A DNA stretch of 64,000 bases, from assembly GCA_035525455.1 (NCBI GenBank), contig DATLEF010000174.1:7254-71253 (forward strand), read 5' to 3'. Of the stretch, positions 52,162 through 62,444 are shown one piece after another. Position numbers and translations under genes: made by a program. The stretch's first letter is position 1, and each line of letters starts with the position of its first letter. This DNA comes from Burkholderiales bacterium (lineage in GTDB: Bacteria; Pseudomonadota; Gammaproteobacteria; Burkholderiales; SG8-41). The notes beneath the pieces were generated by a model. It was given only the letters and a program-made list of their open reading frames with translations, ran no database searches and had not been told where the DNA came from.

Positions 52162-54093
52162 ATGGAATACAGCATACAGGACGTGTCCGGTCTTCTGGGT
52201 ATACCGATCCAGAAGCTGCGCCGTTGGGACGAACAGGGCGTCCTGGTCGCTCTGCGGACGTCCGGCGGGCATCGCCGCTATTCGAAGGAGCTCATCGACC
52301 GGCTCGCCGCATCGGGTTTGAGCGCAAGCGCGGAAAAAACATCGCAGGAGCTCGCGACCGTGAAGCGCGCTCTCGCCGAGAAACGCCGCATCATTCAGCT
52401 GCTGCTCGAAAGCGAGAACCGCTACCGCGATCTGGTCGAGACCTCGCACGATCTCATCTGGGCCACCGACTCGCAGGGCCGTTTCACGTACCTCAATACC
52501 GCCGCGCAGGACATTTTCGGGCTCGCGCCCAAAGACCTCATAGGGCGCTGCTTCTTTAATTTCGAGGCCGGCGCGGCGCACATCGCCAACCGCCGTTTTC
52601 TCGCAACGCTGCGCAAGGGCGGAGAGGTCAAGAACTATGTGACGCACGTGTTGACCGCAGGCGGCGAAAACCGCTGGATCGGCATCAACGCCCGTCTCAC
52701 GCACGACGAAAATGGCGACGTGCTCGGCATACGCGGCACGGCCCGCGACATTACCGAGCAGCACCTCGCCACGCAGCGCATCGAACATCTCGCGCTTCAC
52801 GACCCGCTCACCGACCTCCCCAACCGTCACGCGCTGCAGATCCGCATCGAGCAGGCGCTCGGTGAGGACGCAGTCGGCGCACTCATCTTTTTCGACATCG
52901 ATCACTTCAAGTACGTCAACGACAACTTTGGTCATCGCTCCGGCGATCAGCTGATCGTGGGCGTTGGCAGCGTCTTGCGCGACATCACCCGCCCCTGCCA
53001 CGGCGAGCTTTACCGGCTGGGCGGGGATGAATTTGCAATCCATCTGCCGGACGCCCTGCGCAAGCACGCGAAGGAAACTGCCGAAAGCGCGCTCGACGCC
53101 GTCCGGCACTACCGTTTTCACGCGAGCGACCAGCGCATCGTGTCCAATCTCTCGGTCTCCGCCGGTATTGCGCTCTATCCGTTCCACGGCAGCGATGTGC
53201 CGGGCCTTTTCTCCAACGTCGACATTTCGATGTATCAGGCGAAAGAGCTGGGCCGCAATCGTTACGTGCTGTTCGATCAGGCATCCGATAACCTGCGCAG
53301 CACGCATAAGCGCATCCATTGGGCCAAGCGTCTGCGCGATGCGCTCGACGAGGACCGCATCACGCTTTTTGCGCAGCCGGTCGTGCGCTTGAGCGATCAG
53401 AAAACGGTGCATCACGAAGTCCTCGTGCGGCTGCGTGACGATGCGGGCGGCCTCATCATGCCGTCGACCTTCATCGAGCTGGCCGAGTCGCTCTCACTGA
53501 TCCAGGAAATCGATTATCAGGTGGTCGACAAGCTGCTCGCATTCATGCGCGAGCACGATCAGATCGGCCGCAAGGTGCGTTACTTCGTGAACCTGTCGCG
53601 GGTCTCGATTTCGGACCAACGCTGGATCAGGCGCTTCGTGTCGCTGCTGAAGACGAGCAGCATCGATCCGAGCCAGCTCGTTTTCGAGATCACGGAAACG
53701 GCGGCGATGTCCGAAATCGACGTGACGCTCACGTTCATCAACAAGCTGAAGGACATGGGTTGCCGTTTCGCTCTCGACGATTTCGGCGCCGGTTTCAGCT
53801 CCTTCTACTATCTCAAGCGCTTCGAAGTCGATTACCTCAAGATCGACGGGAGCTTCATCCGCGACCTGGCGACGGACGAAGGAAGCCGTCTATTCGTGCG
53901 CGCGTTGAACGACGTGGCGCAGGGGCTTTCGAAGCAGGTCGTCGCGGAATGGATCGAATCGCCGGAGGTGCTGAAGCTGCTCGTGCAAATGGGCGTGCAG
54001 TTCGGCCAGGGTTATCTCTTCCGCAAGCCCGTGCCCATCGAAGAGACGCTCGTGCTTCCCGCTTCTCGCGTATTGCAGGCTCGCATCGGCTGA
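52162..54093 (+). CDS. MerR/BldC-type HTH - PAS - GGDEF - EAL multidomain protein (RpfR/PdeR-like with fused DNA-binding domain)
   Basis: 643 aa. aa 1-48 read MEYSIQDVSGLLGIPIQKLRRWDEQGVLVALRTSGGHRRYSKELIDRL (HTH). PAS spans about aa 86-205. GGDEF is intact (nt 53020-53034). EAL domain motifs EVLVR, FEITE, DDFGAG, LKID, EWIE and GQGY are present. Confidence 0.85.
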   Translation: MEYSIQDVSGLLGIPIQKLRRWDEQGVLVALRTSGGHRRYSKELIDRLAASGLSASAEKTSQELATVKRALAEKRRIIQLLLESENRYRDLVETSHDLIWATDSQGRFTYLNTAAQDIFGLAPKDLIGRCFFNFEAGAAHIANRRFLATLRKGGEVKNYVTHVLTAGGENRWIGINARLTHDENGDVLGIRGTARDITEQHLATQRIEHLALHDPLTDLPNRHALQIRIEQALGEDAVGALIFFDIDHFKYVNDNFGHRSGDQLIVGVGSVLRDITRPCHGELYRLGGDEFAIHLPDALRKHAKETAESALDAVRHYRFHASDQRIVSNLSVSAGIALYPFHGSDVPGLFSNVDISMYQAKELGRNRYVLFDQASDNLRSTHKRIHWAKRLRDALDEDRITLFAQPVVRLSDQKTVHHEVLVRLRDDAGGLIMPSTFIELAESLSLIQEIDYQVVDKLLAFMREHDQIGRKVRYFVNLSRVSISDQRWIRRFVSLLKTSSIDPSQLVFEITETAAMSEIDVTLTFINKLKDMGCRFALDDFGAGFSSFYYLKRFEVDYLKIDGSFIRDLATDEGSRLFVRALNDVAQGLSKQVVAEWIESPEVLKLLVQMGVQFGQGYLFRKPVPIEETLVLPASRVLQARIG

Positions 54094-54153
54094 TATCGTC
54101 GGTCGCCGGCGCGCGCCCCTCCAGGCGCGGATGTCGCATGCGAGCGTAGGCGC

Positions 54154-54723
54154 TCACGGCGCAGTCCATTCCCCCCGTACGATTTTTTCGGCCCAGAAAA
54201 GGCCCGTGATCGCCTTGGGTTCGGTGATTCGCCCCTGCCTCACCCACTCGACCGCTTCATCGATCGTAAGCTCGAAGACTTCGAGGAACTCATCGTCGTC
54301 CAGGGCGTGCCCGACGTGCGTGAGGTTGCGCGCGAGGTAAATCTCGATGTGCTCGTCCGCGAATCCGATGCAGGGATGAAGCGTCCCGAGGTGGTGCCAC
54401 TCTCCGGCTTCGTAGCCGCACTCCTCCTTCAGCTCGCGCTGCGCCGTGCGGAGCGGCTCTTCTCCCGGATCGATCTTGCCTGCAGGCAGCTCGATGAAAT
54501 GGCGCCGCAGCGGATAACGGAACTGGCGCTCGAAGAGGAGAGTGCGCTCGTCCACGAAGGCGAGCACGGTTACAGCGCCGGGGTGCTCTATGTACTCGCG
54601 CGTCGCCAGGCGGCCGTTGGGCAGGCGGACCGTATCGACACGCACGTGCAGCAGGTTGCCGTCGAAGACACCGCGCGAAGAGACCGTGGATTCGGTGAAA
54701 TCTTCCGGCTGCGATTTACTCAT
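54154..54723 (-). CDS. NUDIX hydrolase (ADP-ribose pyrophosphatase-like)
   Basis: Trimmed to the ATG at 54723 (GGAG upstream), giving 189 aa. Nudix box GKIDPGEEPLRTAQRELKEECGY. Confidence 0.8.
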   Translation of the reverse strand: MSKSQPEDFTESTVSSRGVFDGNLLHVRVDTVRLPNGRLATREYIEHPGAVTVLAFVDERTLLFERQFRYPLRRHFIELPAGKIDPGEEPLRTAQRELKEECGYEAGEWHHLGTLHPCIGFADEHIEIYLARNLTHVGHALDDDEFLEVFELTIDEAVEWVRQGRITEPKAITGLFWAEKIVRGEWTAP

Positions 54724-54785
54724 GCCTGGACTCCGTTCGTCGGCATCACCGAACAAACTCTAAGCTGATCGAAGAGATTCACTGA

Positions 54786-54892
54786 ATGTGCTTATAGCGG
54801 CGGTAGCCGTTTAAGGGTGACTTATCATCGTGGTTCTTATGTGCATATAGCGGCGGTAGCCGCTTAAGGGGTGACTTATCATCGTGGTTCTT
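54786..54892. repeat. tandem direct repeat, 2 units of 53/54 bp, immediately 3' of nuoN
   Basis: Unit 1 is 54786-54838 and unit 2 is 54839-54892 (atgtgc(t/a)tatagcggcggtagccg(t/c)ttaagg(g)gtgacttatcatcgtggttctt). Each carries the hairpin agcggc-ggta-gccg(c/t)t. The repeat abuts the nuoN stop codon (54892-54894). Confidence 0.85.
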
Positions 54893-56346
54893 CACAGTGA
54901 CGCCTGGATCGAGTACAGGCAGAGCGCCATCAGCGGCTGCGGCACGATGCCGAACAGGAGCACCGCAGCCCCGTTCAGACTCATCAGCACCTTGACGTCG
55001 CCGTCTGGGGTGATCGGTGCCGTATCCTGCGGCGCATCGAAGTACATGAGCTTGACCAGGCGCAGGTAGTAGAAGGCCCCCACCACGGAGAACAACACGG
55101 CAACGACGGCGACGCCGATAAAACCAACGCTCAGCACTGACTGCAGGACGGCGAGCTTCGCATAGAACCCGACGGTAGGTGGAATGCCGGTCATCGAGAA
55201 CATGATGAGAAGCATGATGAAGGCGTACCAGGGACTGCGCTGGTTGAGGCCCTTGAAGTCGTCCAGCCTGTCGGCCTCGAAGCCGCTGCGCGAGAGCAGG
55301 AGCAGCATGCCGAACGCGCCGAGGTTCGTCAGGACATAGACCACCATATAGAACATCGCAGCGCTGAAGCCGTTGGCGTCGCCGGCGAGCGCGCCCAGAA
55401 GAACGAACCCCATGTGCGAGATCGTGGAATAGGCGAGCATGCGTTTGAGATTGGTCTGCACGATCGCCGTCACGTTGCCGATGACGAGGGACAGGACGGC
55501 CATCACGGTCAGCATTTGCTGCCACTCGATGACGAGCACATCCGCGCCCAGCGCCTGAGCGAGCAGCCTTACCAGGAGCGCGAACCCCGCGAGCTTGGGC
55601 GCGGTGCTCACGAACAGCGTGACGGCGCTCGGCGCACCATGGTAGACGTCGGGGACCCACATGTGAAACGGCACGACACCCAGCTCGAAGCCGATACCCG
55701 CGACGATGAAGACGAGGCCAAAAATGAGCACCGCATTGCGTGGACCGACCGCGCCTTCGCCGATGATTTGCGCGAGCTCCGTGATCTCGAGCGTGCCTGT
55801 GGCGCCGTAAATCATCGACATGCCGTAAAGCAGCATGCCGGACGCCAGGGCGCCGAGGACGAAGTACTTCATTGCAGCCTCGGTCGCAACGGCCGAATCG
55901 CGCTGCAGCGCTACCATAGCGTAGGTCGAAAGCATCATGAGCTCGAGTCCGAGATACAGGACGAGCAGATGATTGGCCGAGACCATGACCATCATGCCGA
56001 GCGTTGCGAAAAGCACGAGCGCGAAGAACTCGCCCCGGAATAGGCCGCGCGCCGCGGCATAGGGCCGCGCGTAGGCGAGCACCAGCATGATCGTGAGGCA
56101 GATGAAGAGCTTCAGCACGCCCGACATGAGGTCGCCTACGAACATGCCGCTGAACGTATAGACCGGCTCGGGGCGCGACCAGGCCAAGATGAGGAACACG
56201 CAGCCGATGAGCGACGCCTGAGTGAGCCCGTAGGTGACGATCCGGTTCTCATCGCTCACGAAAAGATCCGCGATCAGCACGACGCACACTGCGAGCAGTA
56301 GAAAAAGCTCGGGAAACGCGGGCCACAGAGGCTGAATGAACTGCAT
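54892..56346 (-). CDS. nuoN: NADH-quinone oxidoreductase subunit N
   Basis: 484 aa polytopic antiporter-like subunit. Last gene of the nuo order G-H-I-J-K-L-M-N. Confidence 0.95.
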   Translation of the reverse strand: MQFIQPLWPAFPELFLLLAVCVVLIADLFVSDENRIVTYGLTQASLIGCVFLILAWSRPEPVYTFSGMFVGDLMSGVLKLFICLTIMLVLAYARPYAAARGLFRGEFFALVLFATLGMMVMVSANHLLVLYLGLELMMLSTYAMVALQRDSAVATEAAMKYFVLGALASGMLLYGMSMIYGATGTLEITELAQIIGEGAVGPRNAVLIFGLVFIVAGIGFELGVVPFHMWVPDVYHGAPSAVTLFVSTAPKLAGFALLVRLLAQALGADVLVIEWQQMLTVMAVLSLVIGNVTAIVQTNLKRMLAYSTISHMGFVLLGALAGDANGFSAAMFYMVVYVLTNLGAFGMLLLLSRSGFEADRLDDFKGLNQRSPWYAFIMLLIMFSMTGIPPTVGFYAKLAVLQSVLSVGFIGVAVVAVLFSVVGAFYYLRLVKLMYFDAPQDTAPITPDGDVKVLMSLNGAAVLLFGIVPQPLMALCLYSIQASL

Positions 56347-56359
56347 GTTCGTGGTTTCC

Positions 56360-57850
56360 TCAGGGGGCCGACAGCTTGCCTTGCATCACGTGTGCGATGA
56401 GATCGTCGACGGCAACGTGCAGCACTTCCGCAAAAGGCGCGGGATAGAGACCCATCCACAAGACGACAATCGCAAGCAGGCCCAGCACCAGAAACTCCCG
56501 CAGATTGATGTCCTGTAAATGGGCGACGTGCGTATTCGCCACCGCTCCGAAGATGACCCGCTTGTACATCCAGAGCGTGTAGGCGGCACCAAAAACCAGT
56601 GTGGTTGCAGCCGCGAACGCGTACCAGAAGTTGGCCTTGACCGAGCCCAGCACCACCAGGAACTCACCGACGAAACCGCTCGTCCCCGGCAAGCCCGAAT
56701 TCGCCATCGCGAAGAGCATGAAAAGGGCCGCAAACACGGGCATGCGGTTGACGACGCCGCCATAGTCCGAGATCTGCCTCGAATGCAGGCGATCGTAGAG
56801 CACGCCCACGCACAGGAACAGCGCGCCCGACACGAAGCCGTGGGAGATCATCTGTATGACCGCACCTTCGATCCCCTGCGCGTTGAATATGAAAATTCCC
56901 AGCGTCACAAACCCCATGTGCGAAATCGACGAGTACGCGATCAGCTTCTTCATGTCGGATTGCACGAGCGCCACAAGTCCGATGTACACCACTGCGATCA
57001 GCGATAGTGCGATCACGAATCCCGCCATGTACTGGCTGCCGTCGGGAACGATAGGCAGTGACAGACGCAGGAAACCGTAGCCGCCGAGCTTCAGCATGAT
57101 CGCGGCCAGCACGACCGAACCGCCGGTCGGGGCCTCGACGTGCGCATCCGGCAGCCAGGTGTGAACCGGCCACATCGGCACTTTCACCGCAAACGCCGCA
57201 AAGAACGCGATGAAGATCAGGATTTGCGCATCGAGCGGCAGCGGAAGCGCGTACCAGTCCGCGAGCGCGAAGCTGCCGCCGGAAACGTTGTACAGGTAAA
57301 TCAGCGCGATCAGCGCGAGCACCGACCCGAGGAACGTATACAGGAAGAACTTGACCGCAGCGTAAACGCGGTTCGGCCCGCCCCAGATACCGATGATCAC
57401 GAACATCGGTATGAGGGTCGCCTCGAAGAATACATAGAACAGCAGCCCGTCAAGCGCGGAGAACACACCGTTCATGAACCCGGAGAGGAACAGAAATGCC
57501 GCCATGTACTGCGCGACCCGCTCCTGGATGACCTGCCATCCCGCGATCACGACGAGTACGGTGGTGAAGCTGTTCAGCAGGATCAAAAGGAGCGAAATGC
57601 CGTCGATGCCGAGGTGATAGTGCACATTGAACGCTTCGATCCACGGCTTCAGCTGGACGAACTGAAAGCCGCTCAAGCGAGGATCGAAGCCGGCGTATAG
57701 CGGTAGCGTAACCACGAAACCGAGTAGCGCTCCGACGAGCGCCACCACGCGTGCGACCGTGGCGTGACGATCCGAACCCGTCGTCAGCACGGCGAAGCCC
57801 GCTACGATCGGCACCCAGATCGCGAGAGAGAGAAACGACGTACCCTGCAT
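56360..57850 (-). CDS. nuoM: NADH-quinone oxidoreductase subunit M
   Basis: 496 aa antiporter-like subunit. Motifs [11 protein letters not shown] and SHMGF. Confidence 0.95.
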   Translation of the reverse strand: MQGTSFLSLAIWVPIVAGFAVLTTGSDRHATVARVVALVGALLGFVVTLPLYAGFDPRLSGFQFVQLKPWIEAFNVHYHLGIDGISLLLILLNSFTTVLVVIAGWQVIQERVAQYMAAFLFLSGFMNGVFSALDGLLFYVFFEATLIPMFVIIGIWGGPNRVYAAVKFFLYTFLGSVLALIALIYLYNVSGGSFALADWYALPLPLDAQILIFIAFFAAFAVKVPMWPVHTWLPDAHVEAPTGGSVVLAAIMLKLGGYGFLRLSLPIVPDGSQYMAGFVIALSLIAVVYIGLVALVQSDMKKLIAYSSISHMGFVTLGIFIFNAQGIEGAVIQMISHGFVSGALFLCVGVLYDRLHSRQISDYGGVVNRMPVFAALFMLFAMANSGLPGTSGFVGEFLVVLGSVKANFWYAFAAATTLVFGAAYTLWMYKRVIFGAVANTHVAHLQDINLREFLVLGLLAIVVLWMGLYPAPFAEVLHVAVDDLIAHVMQGKLSAP

Positions 57851-57871
57851 GTTCTTTTCCGGATTCTTTTT

Positions 57872-59929
57872 CTAGCGCCAGTCGATGAAGACCAGCGTGA
57901 GCAGCACCAGAATGCCGACGATCATCGTGAATGCGTAGTGATAAATGTAACCGGACTGGAAATAGCGGATGACCGACGCAAACCAGCCCACGAGACGGGC
58001 CGAGCCGTTCACCAACATGCCGTCGATCACACCGACGTCGCCGCCTTTCCATAAGCCGGTTCCGAGCGCACGCGCACCGCCCGCAAAGAGCCACGAGTAC
58101 AGCTCGTCGAACCCGTATTTGCGGTCGAGTATCGTGTAGAGCACGCCGAATCTCTGCTTGATGCGCGCAGGAAGATCGGGCCGCAGCAGATACAGGTACA
58201 CGGCGGTCGCAATGCCGCCGATCGCGAGCCAGAATGGCAACGTGGACAGCGCATGAACGGTCATGTCGAGCACGCCATGGAACTCGCGCGCCATTGCCGC
58301 AAGCACATCGTGCTCCGGGGCCACCACGATCGAATTGCCAAAATAACCGCCGTAGAGCACCGGCCCGATCAGCCACCCCGCGCATATCGACGGTATTGCG
58401 AGCGCGATCAGCGGCATCGTGACCACCGCCGGCGTCTCGTGCGGCTCGTGCCCATGCGCGTCGTGGGCGTGCTCGTGGGCGGCGTGCGCGGCTTCATCGT
58501 GCTCGGTCAGCGCGTGCTCGCCGTGGCCGTGCTCGCCGCGCGCGTCGGGGACCGGCGGCTCCCTGAAACGCTCCGGCCCGTGAAAAGTCATGAACAGCAG
58601 CCTGAAAGTGTAGAGCGCGGTCACGAACACCGTGCTCAGCACGCAGAAGTACGCGAACGTCGACCCCGGCAGCCGCGAGAAATGCGCGGCCTCGATGATC
58701 GATTCCTTCGAGAAGAAACCGGCGAAGCCCGGAATGCCCGCGCTGGCGAGCGCGCCGATGAGCATCGTTGCGTAAGTAATCGGCATGTATTTGCGCAAGC
58801 CCCCCATGCGGCGCATGTCCTGTTCGTGATGCATCGCGATGATCACCGAGCCCGCGCCGAGGAACAGCACCGCCTTGAAGAAAGCATGCGTGGCAAGATG
58901 AAAGATACCGGCTGCATACGCCGAGGCGCCCAGCGCGACCGTCATGTATCCGAGCTGGGAGAGTGTCGAGTACGCGACCACCCTTTTGATGTCGTTCTGC
59001 ACGATCGCCACGAGCGCCATGAAGAGCGTCGTGATCGCGCCAATGACGATGACAACGCTCAACGCCGTCTCCGATAGCTCGTAAAGCGGCGACATGCGTG
59101 CGACCATGAATATACCGGCGGTCACCATGGTCGCCGCGTGGATCAGCGCCGAGATCGGCGTCGGCCCTTCCATCGAGTCGGGAAGCCAGACGTGCAGAGG
59201 GAACTGCGCGGATTTCCCCATTGCCCCGATGAAAAGCAGTATGCAGATGACCGTCATCAGCGACCAGGCCGCTCCGGGGAAAAGCTCGATCGTGTTCCCG
59301 GCGAGCCGGCGCGCGTTTGCAAAGACTTCCGCGTAATCGAGCGTGCCGAAATACATGAGCACGAGCGCGATGCCGAGCAGAAATCCGAAGTCGCCGACGC
59401 GATTGACGAGGAACGCCTTGAGGTTCGCGTAAATCGCGGTCGGACGCGTGTACCAGAAACCGATCAGCAGATACGACACCAGCCCGACGGCTTCCCAGCC
59501 GAAAAAGAGCTGCAGAAAATTGTTGCTCATGACGAGCATGAGCATCGAGAACGTGAAGAGCGAGATGTACGAGAAGAAGCGCTGATAGCCGGGATCGTCC
59601 GCCATATAGCCTATGGTGTAGACGTGCACCATCAGCGAGACGAACGACACGACCACCATCATCGTTGCGGAGAGACGATCGATAAGAAAACCGATCTGGA
59701 AATTCGTGTTGCCCGACGAGAGCCACGTATAGATCGTGCCGTTGTAGAGATTTCCCTGCAGCACGTCGTAAAAAACAACGCACGAGGCGGCCGTACAGAC
59801 GACCATGCCGAGGATCGTCACGAGGTGCGACCCGCGACGTCCGATCGCCCAGCCGAAAAGCCCGGCGATGAGCGCGCCGGCGAGCGGTGCGAGCGGCACC
59901 ACCAGATAAAGCTTCTGCATGAAAGGCAT
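57872..59929 (-). CDS. nuoL: NADH-quinone oxidoreductase subunit L
   Basis: 685 aa. Antiporter-like core plus the C-terminal lateral-helix region. Contains a His/Glu/Ala-rich loop (nt about 58435-58560). Confidence 0.95.
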   Translation of the reverse strand: MPFMQKLYLVVPLAPLAGALIAGLFGWAIGRRGSHLVTILGMVVCTAASCVVFYDVLQGNLYNGTIYTWLSSGNTNFQIGFLIDRLSATMMVVVSFVSLMVHVYTIGYMADDPGYQRFFSYISLFTFSMLMLVMSNNFLQLFFGWEAVGLVSYLLIGFWYTRPTAIYANLKAFLVNRVGDFGFLLGIALVLMYFGTLDYAEVFANARRLAGNTIELFPGAAWSLMTVICILLFIGAMGKSAQFPLHVWLPDSMEGPTPISALIHAATMVTAGIFMVARMSPLYELSETALSVVIVIGAITTLFMALVAIVQNDIKRVVAYSTLSQLGYMTVALGASAYAAGIFHLATHAFFKAVLFLGAGSVIIAMHHEQDMRRMGGLRKYMPITYATMLIGALASAGIPGFAGFFSKESIIEAAHFSRLPGSTFAYFCVLSTVFVTALYTFRLLFMTFHGPERFREPPVPDARGEHGHGEHALTEHDEAAHAAHEHAHDAHGHEPHETPAVVTMPLIALAIPSICAGWLIGPVLYGGYFGNSIVVAPEHDVLAAMAREFHGVLDMTVHALSTLPFWLAIGGIATAVYLYLLRPDLPARIKQRFGVLYTILDRKYGFDELYSWLFAGGARALGTGLWKGGDVGVIDGMLVNGSARLVGWFASVIRYFQSGYIYHYAFTMIVGILVLLTLVFIDWR

Positions 59930-59936
59930 GTCCGCG

Positions 59937-60242
59937 CTACCCCTTCAGACTGTCGAGGTCTTCGACATGGATCGTGTTGAGGTTGCGGAAGAGCACGACG
60001 AGTATGGCAAGTCCGATCGCCGATTCGGCTGCGGCGACGGTCAGGATGAAGAACACGAAAATCTGTCCGGCCGTGTCGCCGAGGAAATGCGCGAACGCGA
60101 CGAAATTCATGTTCACGGCGAGCAGCATGAGCTCGATCGCCATCAGCAGGATGATCACGTTCTTGCGGTTCAGAAAAATGCCGATGATCGCGATCGCAAA
60201 AAGACCCGCGGCCAACGCAAGATAGTGAGAGAGGGGTATCAC
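59937..60242 (-). CDS. nuoK: NADH-quinone oxidoreductase subunit K
   Basis: 101 aa, 3 TM helices. Motifs [12 protein letters not shown] and [15 protein letters not shown]. Confidence 0.95.
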   Translation of the reverse strand: MIPLSHYLALAAGLFAIAIIGIFLNRKNVIILLMAIELMLLAVNMNFVAFAHFLGDTAGQIFVFFILTVAAAESAIGLAILVVLFRNLNTIHVEDLDSLKG

Positions 60243-60246
60243 GCGA

Positions 60247-60858
60247 TCACCCTTGCGGGTCCCTGTCGACGGGCATCGATACGATGCGCACCCGGTCTTC
60301 GCGCCGGATGTTGATCTGCGCCGCAGGATCGATGTATTTGCTGGTTTTGCGCCGGCGCAGGGTCAGCGCAATCGCCGCCACGATGGCCACCAGCAGGATG
60401 ACCGCCGCGATCTCGAAGGGATACACGTATTCCGTATAGAGCAGGCGTCCCAGCTCTTTCGTGTTGCTGTAACCCTGAGGGAGCGCTTCCGGCGCGGGCG
60501 AGCCTTCACTACCGAAATAGCTGCGCGTGACGATAAAGCCCATTTCCAGCACCAGCAGCAACGCGACGGCGCCACCCACGGGCAGATAGCTCCAGAATCC
60601 CGCGCGCAGCCGCGCGATGTTGATATCGAGCATCATGACGACGAATAGAAACAGCACCATGACCGCGCCCACGTACACGAGCACGAGCGCAATCGCCAGA
60701 AACTCCGCTTGCAGCTGTATCCAGATCGCTGCTGAAGTGAAGAATGCGAGCACGAGGAAAAGCGCGGCGTGCACCGGGTTGCGCGCGGTGATCACGCAGA
60801 GCGCCGATCCGAGCAGGACCGACGCGAAAAACCAGAAGATGAAAGTTTGAAAAGTCAT
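60247..60858 (-). CDS. nuoJ: NADH-quinone oxidoreductase subunit J
   Basis: 203 aa. [19 protein letters not shown] signature. Confidence 0.95.
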   Translation of the reverse strand: MTFQTFIFWFFASVLLGSALCVITARNPVHAALFLVLAFFTSAAIWIQLQAEFLAIALVLVYVGAVMVLFLFVVMMLDINIARLRAGFWSYLPVGGAVALLLVLEMGFIVTRSYFGSEGSPAPEALPQGYSNTKELGRLLYTEYVYPFEIAAVILLVAIVAAIALTLRRRKTSKYIDPAAQINIRREDRVRIVSMPVDRDPQG

Positions 60859-60897
60859 GTGAACGGTTTGCCGCCTAGAACTTACCGCTTATTAAAC

Positions 60898-61389
60898 TTA
60901 CCGGTATGCAGCATCGGCGGCGCGGTCTTTTGCAATCTGCTCTTCATACAGATCGCCGATCGCGAGCAGCATGGGTTTGGTGTAAATCAGATCGCCGCGA
61001 TTCTCGCCGTGATATTCGAGTATCCGTGTTTCCACGATCGAATCCACCGGGCACGATTCTTCGCAGAAGCCGCAGAAAATACATTTGGTGAGATCGATGT
61101 CGTAGCGCGTAGTGCGCCGGCTGCCGTCGGCGCGCTCTTCGGACTCGATCGTGATCGCGAGCGCGGGACATACTGCTTCGCACAACTTGCACGCGATGCA
61201 CCGCTCCTCGCCGTTCGGATATCGACGCAGAGCGTGCAATCCGCGGAAGCGCGGACTCTGCGGCGTCTTTTCCTCGGGGAAGAGCACGGTGATCTTGCGG
61301 TGAAATAGATGCCGCCCGGTGAGAAACATGCCTTTCACCAGCTCGAGCAGCAGAAACGTACGGAAGAAATCGCGGACGCGCTTCATCAT
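60898..61389 (-). CDS. nuoI: NADH-quinone oxidoreductase subunit I (2x[4Fe-4S] ferredoxin-type)
   Basis: The track ORF was trimmed to the ATG at 61389, which forms an ATGA overlap with the nuoH stop, giving 163 aa. [12 protein letters not shown] and [12 protein letters not shown]. Confidence 0.95.
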   Translation of the reverse strand: MMKRVRDFFRTFLLLELVKGMFLTGRHLFHRKITVLFPEEKTPQSPRFRGLHALRRYPNGEERCIACKLCEAVCPALAITIESEERADGSRRTTRYDIDLTKCIFCGFCEESCPVDSIVETRILEYHGENRGDLIYTKPMLLAIGDLYEEQIAKDRAADAAYR

Positions 61390-62444
61390 TCGAAAGTCCC
61401 CCACCAGATCCAGAGTGGAGTCTGCATCCAGGCGCCGAGAACTACGATCCACACGAGTGTCACCGGAATGAAAACCTTCCAGCCCAGACGCATGATCTGG
61501 TCGTAACGGTAGCGCGGAAAGGTCGCGCGGAACCAGAGGAAGCTCGACACCACCAGGAACATCTTTAATAGGAGCCAGCCGATGCTGGGCGCTCCGAGCA
61601 CCGGGATCGGCGCGGGGAAAGGCGACAACCAGCCCCCGAGGAACATGATGGCGCACAGCGTGGAAATAAGGATCATGTTGGCGTATTCGGCGAGGAAGAA
61701 CACCGCGAACGCCATTCCCGAGTATTCGACGTGGAATCCAGCGACGATTTCCGATTCGCCTTCGGCGACATCGAACGGCGCACGATTGGTCTCTGCGACT
61801 CCGGAAATGAGGTAGGTGAGAAAGAGCGGGAAAAGCGGAATGACGAACCAGTTGAGGAGGCCGAAGTCGCCGCGCTGCGCGCGCACGATTTCGCCGAGAT
61901 TCAAGCTTTGCGCCGCCATCAGCACGCCGACCAGCGCAAAGCCCATCGCGATCTCGTACGACACGATCTGCGCGGCCGATCGCATCGCACCCAGGAAGGC
62001 GTACTTGGAGTTCGATGCCCAGCCGGCAATGATGACGCCATAAACGCCCATCGACGTGATCGCGAGGATATAAAGAAGGGACGCGTCGATGTTCGAAAGT
62101 ACGAGCTCGGGTGAAAACGGCACGACCGCCCAGGCCGCAAGCGCCGGCATTATTGCCATCACCGGCGCCAGCACGAAGAGAAACTTGTTGGCACCACTCG
62201 GGACGATGATTTCTTTCAGCAGGAGCTTGAGGCCGTCCGCAATGGGCTGCAGCAGACCCCTGGGTCCGACACGGTTCGGCCCGATACGCACCTGGATCCA
62301 GCCGATCAGCTTGCGCTCCCAGAGCGTGAGGTACGCCACTGCAAGCATGAGCGGAGCCACGATCGCCACGATTTTCGCGACCGTCCACACCGCCGGCCAG
62401 GTCGGCCCGAAGAACTGCTGAATCGTGCCTATGAACTCGGTCAT
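61386..62444 (-). CDS. nuoH: NADH-quinone oxidoreductase subunit H
   Basis: 352 aa. [19 protein letters not shown] and [11 protein letters not shown] motifs. Confidence 0.95.
   Translation of the reverse strand: MTEFIGTIQQFFGPTWPAVWTVAKIVAIVAPLMLAVAYLTLWERKLIGWIQVRIGPNRVGPRGLLQPIADGLKLLLKEIIVPSGANKFLFVLAPVMAIMPALAAWAVVPFSPELVLSNIDASLLYILAITSMGVYGVIIAGWASNSKYAFLGAMRSAAQIVSYEIAMGFALVGVLMAAQSLNLGEIVRAQRGDFGLLNWFVIPLFPLFLTYLISGVAETNRAPFDVAEGESEIVAGFHVEYSGMAFAVFFLAEYANMILISTLCAIMFLGGWLSPFPAPIPVLGAPSIGWLLLKMFLVVSSFLWFRATFPRYRYDQIMRLGWKVFIPVTLVWIVVLGAWMQTPLWIWWGTFE

Noticed and set aside
58435-58560. His/Glu/Ala-rich insert in NuoL (GEHGHGEHALTEHDEAAHAAHEHAHDAHGHEPHE)
   Set aside because: Looks like a lineage-specific cytoplasmic loop. 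From memory, similar His-rich loops occur in betaproteobacterial NuoL. There is no evidence for a separate feature.
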